A DNA stretch of 64,000 bases from Felis catus (Eukaryota), in NCBI RefSeq assembly GCF_018350175.1, contig NC_058368.1, positions 217,870,001 through 217,934,000 on the forward strand, given 5' to 3'. Shown here piece by piece: positions 51,649 through 64,000 of the stretch. The notes beneath the pieces were generated by a model, which was not told the DNA's origin, made no database searches, and was given only the letters and a program-made list of their open reading frames with translations. Position 1 is the stretch's first letter. Each line of letters opens with the position of its first letter. A program made the translations under genes and the position numbers.

Positions 51649-51874
51649 GGGGTGCCTGGGTGGCTCCGTTGGTTAAACATCTGACTTCAGCTCAGGTCAT
51701 GATCTTGCGGTTTGTGAGTTCCAGCCCCGCGTCAGGCTCTGTGTTGACAGCTCAGATCCTGGAGCCTGTTTCGGATTCTATGTCTCTATCTCTCTCAGTC
51801 CCTCCCCCACTCATCCCTATCTCTGTGTGTGTCTCTTTCTCCCTCTCAAAAAACAAATATTAAAAAAAATTTTT
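51649..51874 (+). mobile_element. Can-SINE inserted in the tail of the previous SINE
   Basis: Inner TSD aactgaa(c/g)aaata at 51636-51648 and 51875-51887. Confidence 0.93.
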
Positions 51875-52619
51875 AACTGAAGAAATAATGCATAATGTGA
51901 ACTAAAATAAGTATTGATCATTAAATAGCTTTTCTTAGGTCTTCCAGTGGAAGATAGTACAGAGTTTAAATATGTGTTGTCCCTTCTTTCTACCCTAACA
52001 CCCATTAAATAGAATGCGCACTCTCTATTTCAAAGGGTTTGTGTCAAGCACACAAATTAAGCTGAATCATGGAAATGAACCAAGAAGGGCCTTAATGAAC
52101 TGATGTAAAATCCATTCTGAACAACAGTCTGCTAATAGAGATTTTTCTATCCATCTGCTTGAGTCATGTAGCTTTCTTCTTTTAATATATAACCAACTAA
52201 CAAACAAAATAGAGCTTGAAATTCCTGAACATATTCTCCTAATGAAGAATTTTTCAAACTGTGGTGTAATGCTAACCACTGGTGACTGATCATGGTAAAC
52301 TCCTCCATCAACTGTGAGAGTAGATTTAGTCCCACAATAATCACTTAACTTATTTTTCCTCAGCTAAGGAACTATATGCAAATAAAGAACAGATGAAGAT
52401 ATAAATGTAAAAAGTTGGCATTTTTGTTTGGTTTTTAGTTCATAACATTTTATTAATCCTATATCTTTATTTCTCAATTTTTATAGGAAAACACCAAATG
52501 TTTAGATTGTTTTGTTAATAAAAAACAAACAGGGATCCTTTGTGGATGCAAAATGTCTTTTGCCATTACTCTTTTCAAGGAGTAAATTCTTGAAAGATTT
52601 CACTAAAAAAAGACTTTTT

Positions 52620-52826
52620 GGGTGGCACCTGGGTGGCTCAGTCAGTTAAGCCTCGTGACTTTTGATTTCTGCTCAGGTCATGATCTCATGGTTCATGAGT
52701 TCGAGCCCTGTGTGGGGCTCCATGCTGTCAGTGCAGAGCTTGCTTGGGATTCTCTCTCTCTGCCCCTTCCCTGTGCTCTCTCTCTCTCTCTCTCTCTCTC
52801 TTTCAAATAAATAAAAAATAAACTTA
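52620..52826 (+). mobile_element. Can-SINE
   Basis: Head, B box gttcgagcc, (CT)n and A tail; degenerate TSD. Confidence 0.95.
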
Positions 52827-53138
52827 AAAAAAATTTTTTGGCATGCAGAAACTTTAACACACACTCCCAGATTTGTTAATCCTCTTTATTCACTGCTAGA
52901 TAATTGTGATTTCTGTTCAATCTATTATTAATATAAATACCCAGCAGCCTAAAAATTATTCAAACTAGCCTCACAACAAAATCTCTTTAAAAATTAAAAT
53001 AAAGAAGTGAATAACAATTCAGTTGACTTCAACAGGATTATAATTGTTTTCTTTTTGCCCAACAGTACAGTTCCAAGTGTATCTAGTCATTTTTCCCTTC
53101 TATAAGTGCCTAGACATACTTCCATTTCAAAGATAATT

Positions 53139-53752
53139 ACATTCTTTTGGATAGTAAGCTTTTGTCTGATACCTGGTTTGCAAAAATTTTCTTCCATTCT
53201 GTAGGTTGCCTTTTAATTTTGTTGTTTCTTTTCTGTGCATGATCTTTAAAATTTGATGTTGTCACACTGTTGATTTTTGCTTTTGTTGTTTGTGCTTTTG
53301 GTGTCATAGTCAAAAAATTACTGCCCAGATCAACACTGAGGACTTTCTTCCCTACACTGTCTTCTAGAAATTTTATAGTATCAGGCCTTATGTTTGTCTT
53401 TGATTCATTTTGAGCTCATTTTTGTGAGTGTTGTAAGACAGGGTCTAATGTCACTGTTCTGCACGTTTATCTAGTTTTTCCAATATCATTAATGCAAACT
53501 GATTTACCTCCTATGGAAAATGATGTGGAGATTCTCAAAAAGTTAAACATAGATCTACCATATGATCCAGCAAACCATGTCTGGGTATATACCCAAAGAA
53601 AATTAAATCAGAATCTCAAAGAGATACATGCATTCCTGTGTTTACTGCAGTATTATTCACAATAGCCAAGATACAGAAACAAACTGTGTTCCTCAACAGA
53701 TGAATGGATAAAGAATATATATGTATACATACACATACACACATATATATAC

Positions 53753-53783
<31 letters not shown>

Positions 53784-54278
53784 CACCCAATGGAATACTG
53801 TTTAGCCATAAGAAAGGAGGAAATTCTATCATTCGCACCAATATGGACAGACCTTGGCACTTTATGCTAATTAAGATAAGTCAACAGAGAAGACATGTAC
53901 TGTATGATGTCACTTATATGTGAAATTTAAAAAAGCCCAAGTCATAAAAACAGAATAAAATGGTGATTATGAGGCAATGGCAGTTAGGGGAGAGGACAGA
54001 TATCACTGAAGAGCACAAACTTACCATGAATAATAAATAAGCCTTAGAGGTCCTTTACTTAGCACAGTGAATACTGACAACAATATTATAATCAACAAAC
54101 TTGCTAAGAGACTACAACTTAGTTATTTCAATGACCAAGAAACTGATTGTAATTAAATATAATAAAGGTGTTAATTATCGCCACAATGACACATTATATA
54201 GCACATAATGTAAAAAAATTAACATGTTGTACATCTTAAATTTATACAATGTTACATGTCAAATATATTTCAAATTAA
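53139..54278 (+). mobile_element. Old 5'-inverted L1 (L1MA-like 3' end)
   Basis: 53139-53490 is antisense ORF2 (homologous to plus 34285-34645); from 53491 sense ORF2 C-terminus and 3'UTR ending tttatacaatgttacatgtcaaatatatttc. Confidence 0.8.
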
Positions 54279-54535
54279 ACAGATGATATGAAAGTATTTG
54301 TTTTAAAGTGTGGACCACAAGGAGAATATTTGTGTTTGTGAACAGACGGAATAATCTCCAATTAAATCATGATGGTAACTTACGAAAGGATTGTTAATCA
54401 ATATAAATGTCAGGCAGCAGTTACCCACAATGCCTTGTTCAAACAATTGGCAACTTTTCCAGTCTCTTTGGCAGTATAGCTTATGATGGTTTTCATGTTC
54501 CCTACTGTGTTTCATACAAGCGCATGAGCATTACC

Positions 54536-54738
54536 AGTGGTGTGCCTGAGATGGCCCAAACAGGGCTAAGAAAAAGGTGATGGTGTGAATCTCCTCATGA
54601 CTCCATTTTCAGTGATGTCGTAATAGCTTGAAACCCACTGTGAAGAGATTATATAAATTGTGTAAACTGGCAAACATTACAAATCAGAGTTTTTGTTCAT
54701 GTTTTTTTGTGAGAGTATATAGTTCTCTAGCTCACTAC
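54536..54738. mobile_element. hAT MITE (MER63-like)
   Basis: Start ccagtggtgtgc; internal ttcagtgatgtc..tagcttgaaa..ggcaaacattacaaatcagag matches recalled MER63. Confidence 0.6.
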
Positions 54739-55779
54739 TACCAGTGTAAATCAAAAAAATTATATTGAATAAACATCTGAGTTTATTTATTGTGCAATAT
54801 CTATTATTAAAATAGTATATATTCAAAGTCTTTTGGACTTTAATAGAGCCCATAAAAATACAGATGGTTTTGGAAGTAATTTGCGGTGACCAATACATTT
54901 CATGTATTCTAAATGGTACCTATTCTAAATTTCACATTTCTATGTATATAATAACTCGGTGTATCACAATTCCATAAACTTCATGAATAAGTTATTTAAG
55001 CCATTTATTCCTCAGTATTACTAAAACTAAAATGAATTTGCAATGTTTGGAAATCCATTCGTACCTTGTGGAATGCTCATTTTGCATCTTGCAAATGCAC
55101 TTCACAGGAAGTGCAAGTCTAGGTTAACAAGATATCCCCAGTGCAATTTTTATTATTTACTAGGTGGGTTTTAAAATATGACATAAAACACATGCAGTAT
55201 ATTTTAAGACCTTTTTTGAAATTGAGAATATTTTTTTCTCCTGAGAAAACAAACCTGCCTACCTACATTTTAATATTTTTAATATTAACATACTAGAAAA
55301 TTTTTGAAATACTACCACAGGCAAATTTTACTAATGGGTCTCAATTATTTCATACCACAGTAAGAACCAAAGTAATTAATCTTCTTTTAGGGTAGTAAAA
55401 TACTCTCTAGCATCTAGTAGTTGTAATGGATAACCCTATTCTTGGAATATGAGAACAAATTATATGACATCCTAATCTAATATGAAGAAGAAAATTTTTA
55501 TATTTTCAGTGTTGTGAATATGTGAAATAGAATTCTTAAATGTTTAGATAACATGTCTTTTTAGATTCATCTATCAGGAATAAACAAAAGACTGACATAT
55601 TTCCAATTCCAATCTGAATTTCCAAAGTCCTTCATTCTAATAATGCCTTAGTGAGCATGTTATTGTTGAATATGTATACTGCACACCGGAAATTAGTATA
55701 GCTGTATTTAAACATACTGCAATTTTTAAAAAAGAGTAAAGTAATGCATTACTGAATGACTGTTAAAAGTGTGAACTTA

Positions 55780-55985
55780 GACTCTGTTTCTTACTTCCTC
55801 TGTGATTTCAACGTAGTTAAAGTTCTGCATCCCCAGTGCCCTCAATAGTAACATGAGAATAATATAGTAGAAAACTGATAAGAAGATTAAATGATAAAAT
55901 GATTAAATGATAAAATACATATAAGATTACATATAAGATATTTAGAACGATACCTGGCACATTAATGAGTAGCCACTAGATAAGC
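55780..55985 (+). mobile_element. MIR with two small tandem duplications
   Basis: cttacttcctctgtgatttc...ccccagtgccctc...tttagaacgatacctggcacat. Confidence 0.65.
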
Positions 55986-57671
55986 TTTTAATTTTTTTTC
56001 TTCCCATTCCTCACTTACTTTTACTTATTTATTCTTTCAAGACATATGCTGAAGTGACGGCTATGTGATAATCCATGTCATGAAAATTGGTATTGAGAAA
56101 AAATTTAATGAAGGCTTAGAAGTATTTGCATTGTTAGAAGTAAGAAGAAATCCAACTGAGCATTATTAAGCAGCAAAATTGCATCCAAACATTTTAGTGT
56201 GAGTACTTTGTGCCATTAAGTCCTTTATCCTTTGTAGCTGCTATTTTTGTTTGTTTGTTTGTTTTTTCATTTTGAAACACATACCCAGACACAGAGATTG
56301 GAACTGTTCCTCTCTGTCCCTCTTCAATGTGTTTATAAGTCAATATTCCTAAAGAGATCTCCTACTATTAAAACTAATAATGACAAATATTCTGTAAGAA
56401 GAGTAACTTCAGGAAACTTGCTACAAACATGCTTCAAGTTTTTTTCAAAAACCACTGTCATATGAAATATGATTTGTTTAGGTTTTAGTTAATTGTCACT
56501 TTTTTTCTCTATATTAAATTTGTAAGAATAAACTATAAGTAACTGCAGCTTTCAAAATGAGGAGTAGCTTAGCTTATCCTTGACCCACATGAAAAATAGA
56601 AAAAAAAATCAGCAGCACTATATTACTTTAAGGTATCCATAATTTTAATTCCATTTTTGATTCCCTTTGATATAGAACATTATGTGACTGAGACATGCAG
56701 TGAGAAATGTAAGGGTATAAAGAAAGAACAGGAAGTAAAAATTAGAATCATGAGGATAAAATTGATGATGGTAATCAGCTCACTGAAAATTATCTAAAGA
56801 AACAAATTTCACCCTCCGTTAGCTTTAGTACACACAGAGAGAGGAGATACAGGATGCCGATTTCATTCTCCTTTAGAGGCTATATTCCAGTAACAATATT
56901 TGTGAGTTTACAGGACTTTCATGCAATGACACATTCTACCCACTAACTTTTGTAAAGAGCTCAATAACAAGAAATTCAGACTATCCAGTTATAACAATAA
57001 ACATGATTAGTAAGATTAGTAAGAATGAAGAAGGGTCAGAGATGTCTGCCTTACCTCTGCCAAGCCATCCTGGTGATCAAATATTGAGAGGAATGTATTA
57101 TGATTAAATCACATTTGATTAATTCTGTGTTGTTTAATAATTAAACCATACGGTATTATATCCACGTGAGTTTGATATTTGAAGATTATTTAAATAAAAT
57201 ATGAATATTTTTAAGGAAATTAGTGAAAACTTTACTTGTTAAATGTTTTATTATTTGGATATTCACAACTATGTCACTATAACATTTGAGGTTCGACAGC
57301 ATAGCTGACACATGAACACTATTACTATATCACATTGTTCAGGAAGGCTGTAAGGATTCTTTTAGTAAATATAACGATTTAGCCCCAACATTTTATTTAA
57401 ATGTTGAAAGTTTAAAAACATTTTAAGAAGAAGAAGCAATAATTTTCACTCCTATGGAAGTCTATTAATTCATTACACTTATTTCCATTAAACATATATT
57501 TCAAATTAAAATGTCATTATTAAATTAATCCAGGCTTACAACTGAAGAGTCTGTACATAACATTACTGCATGGCTATTCCTAGAGTTAACTGAGAATGTT
57601 AGGAATGTCCAGTGAACATTGAAGCTTTTGGTTAAGAAAAGCAAATCAGAAATATATTGCCATAATCATTA

Positions 57672-57735
57672 TTATATACATGCATGCATACATATACATA
57701 TATATACATATACATACATATATATACATACACAT
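57672..57735. repeat. (TA/CA)n compound simple repeat
   Basis: Direct inspection. Confidence 0.85.
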
Positions 57736-59216
57736 TTATGTCTTCCTGTGAAAAATAAAAGCTATAGAATACAGAATATAATTGATTCTTGAAAACACTA
57801 ACGCAAGGAACATTGACTATGCCCGTGTTCTCTAAACAATACTGATTCAAAGAAAAGTAATGCATTTAAGGTGATTTTCACCAAGGAAGGATAGATTTCA
57901 CAAGGCTTACAATAATACTCTTCAGTGTGAAATAAATCTTTTCTTTACTTGAAAGAAAACACCTGGAGGTTCAAATTTTAGATTTGTTAAATTTGAGTTT
58001 TTCTAAAACTATTTTGACTTTTGAGATTCTGGCTAAATATTTTGTCTTCTTATGTGAGTGCCTTCCAACTGACAACTAAGAACCTGCCTGGTCCGTGAAA
58101 ATAGAAATATCTCTACCATATCTTCGCAGGTTTTTCATTGAGATGATCATATAATTATGTCCATTAGTATAAATATCTCAAATGCTTAGAATCTTGTTCC
58201 ATTTTCCAGCTATTAGCAAACTAACTTAGAGAGGAAACTGTTTAACAATAGTTTTTGTGTTTGTTTTTCTCTTTTCTTTTATTATTATTGTTTTATTTCC
58301 TTCTCTCTTATTTTGGTGTTAAACAGTTGAAACTTAGAACCTACCTACACAGTCTTCCGTGCATCTGGGGATTTGTTATATACTCATATCAGTCCTATCA
58401 CAGAACTACTTAATTTTGAAAGTTGAGAATTTCTGTCTTATAAAGTTATACTGGAGAAGGGAAAGACATAATTCTATGAAAATCACACTTTTAACTAAGA
58501 TAATGTTCTACAAGGTAAACAGATGTTAATTACATTAGATTTTGACTGTATATGACTTTATAGATCAGATTTTGATCTGTTCTAAAACTTAATTAAAAAT
58601 ATGTATATTTTAAGTAATAAAATATAGAAAATAAATTCTTTAATAATTTATACCAAAATTCCATTCTGAGTTTTCTGGTAAAATTGGTAGTAATAATTCT
58701 TCATTTTAAGAAGTCTGGGAACTACTCATTTAGGTAAACTACTTACTTAAGTTTTACATAAAGCTTCCTCGTTTCAAAAGGAAGAAATTACAGGCCATTC
58801 ATTTTCATGAGAAAATATTTAATATATTTTAGGTTTTAGTTTACTTTCTCAGCAGGCACAATTATTATGTTACCAAGACATCAAGAATGCATTTAAAATT
58901 GCATAAAAACATTATAAGAAGATAAAAGATAATAAAAGAAAATAAAAGATTAGAAAATAAAACTATTTAGTAATCTACTATGAGAGTAACAATAATAAAA
59001 TTTGGTTTCACCTTCCATTATAGGACCTTAGCATTCAAGTAAATTGGGAAATTCAGTTTTGTGTCTTTAGTAACAATAAATTTAAATATTTATCCATCAG
59101 TGATTATTATTATGAGTAATCCTAAAACAGATGTGAACTAAAGCTTTTTCTAGACCAAGGTACAAATTACAGATGAAACACCATTCTCATCAACTCTTTT
59201 TAAATAGGGAAAATGA

Positions 59217-59409
59217 GGGCTCAGACAGTTAAGTACTGACTTCAGCTCAGGTCATGATCTCATGGTTTGGGGGTTTGAATTTCAGCTGGCAGCTTGGAGC
59301 CTGCTTCATATTCTGTGTCCCCCTCTCTCTGCTCCCTCCCGTCCCCCCAACCCCCATCCCCCCTCCACTCTGCCATGGTCTGTCTCTCTCAAAAATAAAC
59401 ATTTTTTTT
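59217..59409 (+). mobile_element. Degraded Can-SINE
   Basis: gacttcagctcaggtcatgatctc core; TSD aatagggaaa(a/g)tga (59203-59216, 59410-59423). Confidence 0.9.
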
Positions 59410-59564
59410 AATAGGGAAAGTGAAACCATACCAAGAAGTTCAGAAAATTTTGACACTTTATTTCTGAATAATAATTCCAGGCTCAGTTACTTAAATGTTA
59501 TCATGCCACCATTAGTTTATTTTTCTCAGTGTATGGATATAAGATTTTTCTTATTTTCAATTTT

Positions 59565-59727
59565 CTAAATGTTTATTTATTTTAAGAGAGAGAGAGAGCA
59601 AGCACAGGGGAGGGGCAGAGAGAGAATCCCAAGCAGGCATCAAGCTGTCAGCACAGAGCCTGATCTGAGCCAAAATCAAGAGTCAAACACTCTTGACTCT
59701 TGACCTACTGAACCACCCAGGCAGCCC
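59565..59727 (-). mobile_element. Degraded Can-SINE with internal deletion
   Basis: aatgtttatttat...gagaatcccaagcagg...ccacccaggcagccc. Confidence 0.88.
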
Positions 59728-60197
59728 TCTTCTTTCTAATTTTGAAAATGGCTCATCAGGCTAATTATTTTCCTTTTTACATATTCAATCATGATAGCAA
59801 TTGAATTTTGGAACTGTGTGAATTAAATTTTGAAAGACATATAAGGAGGTTCTTTTAATGATACTAATAACTCATTACTTAAGTAAAACCCAATGTGACT
59901 CTTTTCTTTATTTAAATGTGACCCTTTTAAAAATAATTTTCTCCCTCATCTCAAATTCATTTGCTTTCCATACATTTTCAGATTCTTTCAAAGATATTAG
60001 GTACAAAAAACAGATATTATACAATTGGATGATATACAGATGGTATACAACTGGATTCCTATTCATGTGAATGCAGTAAAGAATTCATATCCTACTGTTG
60101 TTGCATTCAGAGATAGGAGTTAGAAGCCTTGTATTTGGAGTTCTGAGCCTTGGAGTTTTGTAGCTCCATGATCTTATAAAAAAGTTAATCTTTTACA

Positions 60198-60390
60198 GAG
60201 GCGCACAAGTGGTTCAGTAGGTTGAGCATCTGACTCTTGATTTCAGCTCAGGTCATGATCCCAGGGTCATGAGACTGAGCCCCATGTTGGGCTCCACACT
60301 GAGTGTGGAGCCTGCTTAAGATTCTCTCTCTTTCCCTCTTCCCCCCCTCCCTTGCTTGTTCATACTCTCTCTCTAAAATAACAAAAAAAA
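60198..60390 (+). mobile_element. Can-SINE (older)
   Basis: gtggttcagtaggttgagcatctgactcttgatttcagctcaggtcatgatccc head, CT tract and A tail. Confidence 0.93.
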
Positions 60391-61895
60391 ATCACTCTTA
60401 CACAAGTCATATGGAGGGATAAAAATGCTAATATTTGTAAGTGCTTTTGTAACCTATAAAAATTCTATATATAAGTTAGTATTTATATATACTAAAAGGT
60501 CTCATTTCCTCATCTAAAAATGAAGTGCTTTCAATGATATTTAATAAGTGTATTTATTCATAAAAGCTTTTAAAGTATAATAAAAAATGACACACTAAAA
60601 TTACAGCCAAAAGACTCATATTATCTTACATGATTGATTTGATATTTTTATAAACATAACATCTTGAAGCGGTTCCAAATAATTAATACTTTTACTATAA
60701 ATAAAAGAAGGCTGACTGAAAATTACAAGTGGCAGACAAGATTATTATGATTGTGATGATTATTTCATTGTATGAAATTTTTAGAAGGAATACATTTAAA
60801 CTAAATATGATTTGCCTTCATGTTGCCAGGATTATAAGAAGTTTAGTAGACTCCTTGATATTACCTAACATCTCTGAGTACTATCTTCTGCTTTCTTCAC
60901 TATAATTTGGGGATGACAATGTTTGATTAGTTTTCCTAAAATGCCGTTGTGAGAATGAAATCAGATAATGTGTCTATGTTCAATTTTTATTCAAGGGTAG
61001 GGGATCATTCCTTTCACTCTTCTCATTTTAAATGATCAGAAGTAACATTTGGGATGCCTAGTGATTCCCTTGGATAACCAGAGGTTGATTGATTTTTAGG
61101 AGATTCTTAAAGTTTCTTTTTTTTCCATAATGAATCAGTTCTCCCATTTTTTTTTTTTTGCACTTAAATATCCAGTTTCAGCTTCATTAACTACTTCATA
61201 CATTTTCCTTGACTTGCTATTTTTTAACTGGTTGAGTTAAATACTTCCATTTATAATTTTTTTCATTTTTTATATTTTATTACACTTAAATACTGGATGC
61301 TCTTTATTTTGTCTGATTTAGACTTTAGCAATACCCTACATATTTTAATCAGTTAGAGTTTCAATTTTGTAAACTTACAGTTATTTTTCTCTTATTCATT
61401 CACTTTTAAGATACTAGTTTTCAAATTCAGAAATCATTGCATGAGTTGGAAAAAGCATTTGTGGGTAAATACAAAGTTGGGATGATATTTTTGTTATTAC
61501 TTTCCAATCTCACGTTCAGAAAACATAGCTTGTACAAGTTCCACTTTATGGGGCCCATTGTAATGTTCTATTTTCCCAAATATAAAAATCATTTTTGTGT
61601 TGGTTTCATGGGCATGAGAAAACATGCACCTAAATCAGTGTACTTTCAACTTTTGACAGAAATCCACAGTAAGAAAGACATTTTATATTAAAATTTATAG
61701 CACAATCACACACACACAGATGCATATGCAGTAAGTGTAGAGCAAGACGTTGATGATAATCTGCACAGCCAATTCTATTTTGTTCTATTCCATTTACTTA
61801 TTTAATATCTGGTTGTGACATCAGTATACTTTTTTGATCCAGGGTTTGAGAAATACTGTTCAAAATATGCTAGGATTTGCTTATATAAAAAATCT

Positions 61896-62107
61896 GGGGC
61901 ACCTGGGTGGCTCAGTCAGTTAAGCATCCAACTGTTGGTTTATGCTCGGGTCATGATCTCATGGTTCATGGGTTCGAGGCCCTTGTCGGACTCTGCACTG
62001 ACAATGTGGAGCCTGCTTGGGATACTCTCTCTCTCCCTCTCTCTCTCTCTCTGCCCCTGCCCTGTGCACTTGCCCTCTCTCTCTTTCTCAAAATAAATAA
62101 ACTTTTT
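61896..62107 (+). mobile_element. Can-SINE
   Basis: ggggcacctgggtggctcagtcagttaagc head; short TSD aaaaa(a/t)tctg. Confidence 0.95.
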
Positions 62108-62873
62108 AAAAATTCTGTTTTTCCCTATGTTCATAGAATATTACAAAGATATATTGATTCCCAGTGTATCAAACAGTCCCTGTATTATCAGCTAAATTTT
62201 TTGTACTCAAAAGCAACATTTGTGGCTCAGACCACACGTTTTAAAGATAGCCTGATTTTGTGAGAACTTAGGAACTATCACTTTATTAGATATTTTTAAT
62301 CACAAATTAATCCTTAAAGCCAAATGGATCTTAGACATGCCCTTACACCTTCTCGACCCTATCAATAAGCTTTCTCTTTGCCAATCTACTTAAAGGAAAC
62401 TACATGTTAATGAAGTTTATCAGCCTGTGCAATTAATTTGCACACTCTTCTACTATTTAAGCTGTCAATCTTTTTCCTCCAACATTTTATTTTAGGCCCT
62501 GCCAATCATTACTCAGTAAACTTGTATTCTACTTGATAGTTGAAAATATACTGATAATTACATATGAATGAAAGAATAATGGATGGGAAGAAAATCTATT
62601 TAAGTATTTTATTATAGTATATTAAACAGATAAAGATAAGGCAGAAAATAGTGTATCAATTTAACCTAATACACCAAACATGTATGTAGTTGTTTGTAAA
62701 TCATAACAATTTACAAGTAGTTTTATAAAACCTCATGTCTCACTCTAAACTTTAAAAAAGAAACTTTGCATTTCAAATCCTTTACACCTTTCATTATTTA
62801 TTTACATATTACTGCACAATAACTTTTAAAAAGAATATTTTGACAAAATTTCATTCACTTCTAAACCAAGAGT

Positions 62874-63209
62874 GTGTGAGTTATCTATTGTTGTGTATCT
62901 TACTGCCCCCAGCTTCACAGTCCTTTGAGTCAGACATGCTGGCTACTCTGTGCTCAACTCAAAGATACTTCTCCTTGCCTTGGCCTAATACCCAGTGAAG
63001 TTGCCTTCTTCTGGTGGTATATCATGTAAGATGGACTCAGTCACATGTCTAGTATTTAGTGGTGACTTTTTTCCTAAATTTATTACCATATAATCAACAT
63101 AAAACATTGCATAAGTTTAAATTATACAGCACGCTGATTTGATACACTTATGTATTGCAAAATGACTGACACAATGAGTTAGCAATGTCATCATGTCACA
63201 TAATTACCA

Positions 63210-63247
<38 letters not shown>

Positions 63248-63925
63248 GTGAGAACATTTAAGATTAACTTTCTTAACAACTTTCATGTATACATTAGTGT
63301 TAGCTATAATCCCAAAGCTGCGCATTAGATCCCCAGAACGCATTCATCTTCTAACTGGAAGTTTGTACTCTTTGATCAACATCTCCCCATCCCCACCCTA
63401 CCCCAGTTCCCGGTAACCATCATTCTATTCTCTGTTTCTATGAGTTTGGCTTTTTTCAGTTCTACATATAAGTGATTTCATATAATATTTGTCTTTCTCT
63501 GACATTTCACTTAGCATAATGCCTTTAAGTGCATCTATGTTGTCACTAATGGAAGGATTACCTTATTTCTCATAAGTGAATAATAGTCCATTATAAAGAT
63601 ATATGCTTTTACTAAGCCTCTTACTGCACATGGTCTCTCATCCTCACAGAAACTATATGGGACTTACTTTCATAGCCCTCTCAGGAGCCATGGAACAAGT
63701 GGATGAGAGCCAAAGAGGCAGGATCTCTTAAGGATTATTTTCAAAAGTACTATACCATCAATCTTGTGGCATTCTGCTGAAAAAAGTAAATCACAAGGTA
63801 AGCTAAGATTCAAGGTAGTAGAGAAATAAGTATTATTTGTAGAAAGCAAGAACATCAAAGTCATATTCAAAGGGTATACATAGAAGGGTAATATGAATTT
63901 ATGGACATTTGTGTAATGTGCCACA
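62874..63925 (-). mobile_element. Ancient MaLR LTR (MLT1G/H-like) split by an L1 fragment
   Basis: tgagttatctattgttgtgta start; catggtctctcatcctc, aaagtaaatcacaagg..agattcaagg and terminal ccaca. Confidence 0.55.
63068..63605 (-). mobile_element. L1MA9-like 3' end with internal (TG)n
   Basis: catgtcacataattaccattt..ggtgagaacatttaagat..cattagatccccagaa..ggtaaccatcattctattctctgtttctatgag. Confidence 0.8.
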
Positions 63926-64000
63926 TACATATCTCACACTTTAATAATATCAGCATACCCTTTAAATAGGAAGTAAAATTCTTATTTCCTCATATTAGCA

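Noticed and set aside
1..64000. A novel multi-gene biological system
   Set aside because: All substantial coding potential is explained by L1 and ERVL sequence; nothing supports a new gene cluster

Overview
AT-rich mammalian DNA from a felid (cat lineage), judged from tRNA-derived Can-SINE/SINEC_Fc copies and carnivore L1s. No host protein-coding exon, RNA gene or prokaryote-type system is recognisable; the window looks like a large intron or intergenic region built mostly from transposable elements. It holds one young full-length L1 on the minus strand (33386-39319; intact ORF1, ORF2 with two visible frameshifts, 15-bp TSD). An older TSD-flanked L1 (45428-50723) has only ~139 nt of 5'UTR fused directly to ORF1 codon 5, a candidate spliced retrotransposed L1. 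There are also two 5'-inverted (twin-primed) L1s, one with a short putative 3' transduction, 21 Can-SINEs, an ERVL pol fossil, MaLR LTRs, hAT MITEs, L2/MIR relics, microsatellites and a near-perfect ~74-nt palindrome. I found no convincing new biological system; the best leads are these retrotransposition and repeat-birth oddities. Subfamily names for old repeats come from recalled consensus sequences and need RepeatMasker/Dfam confirmation.
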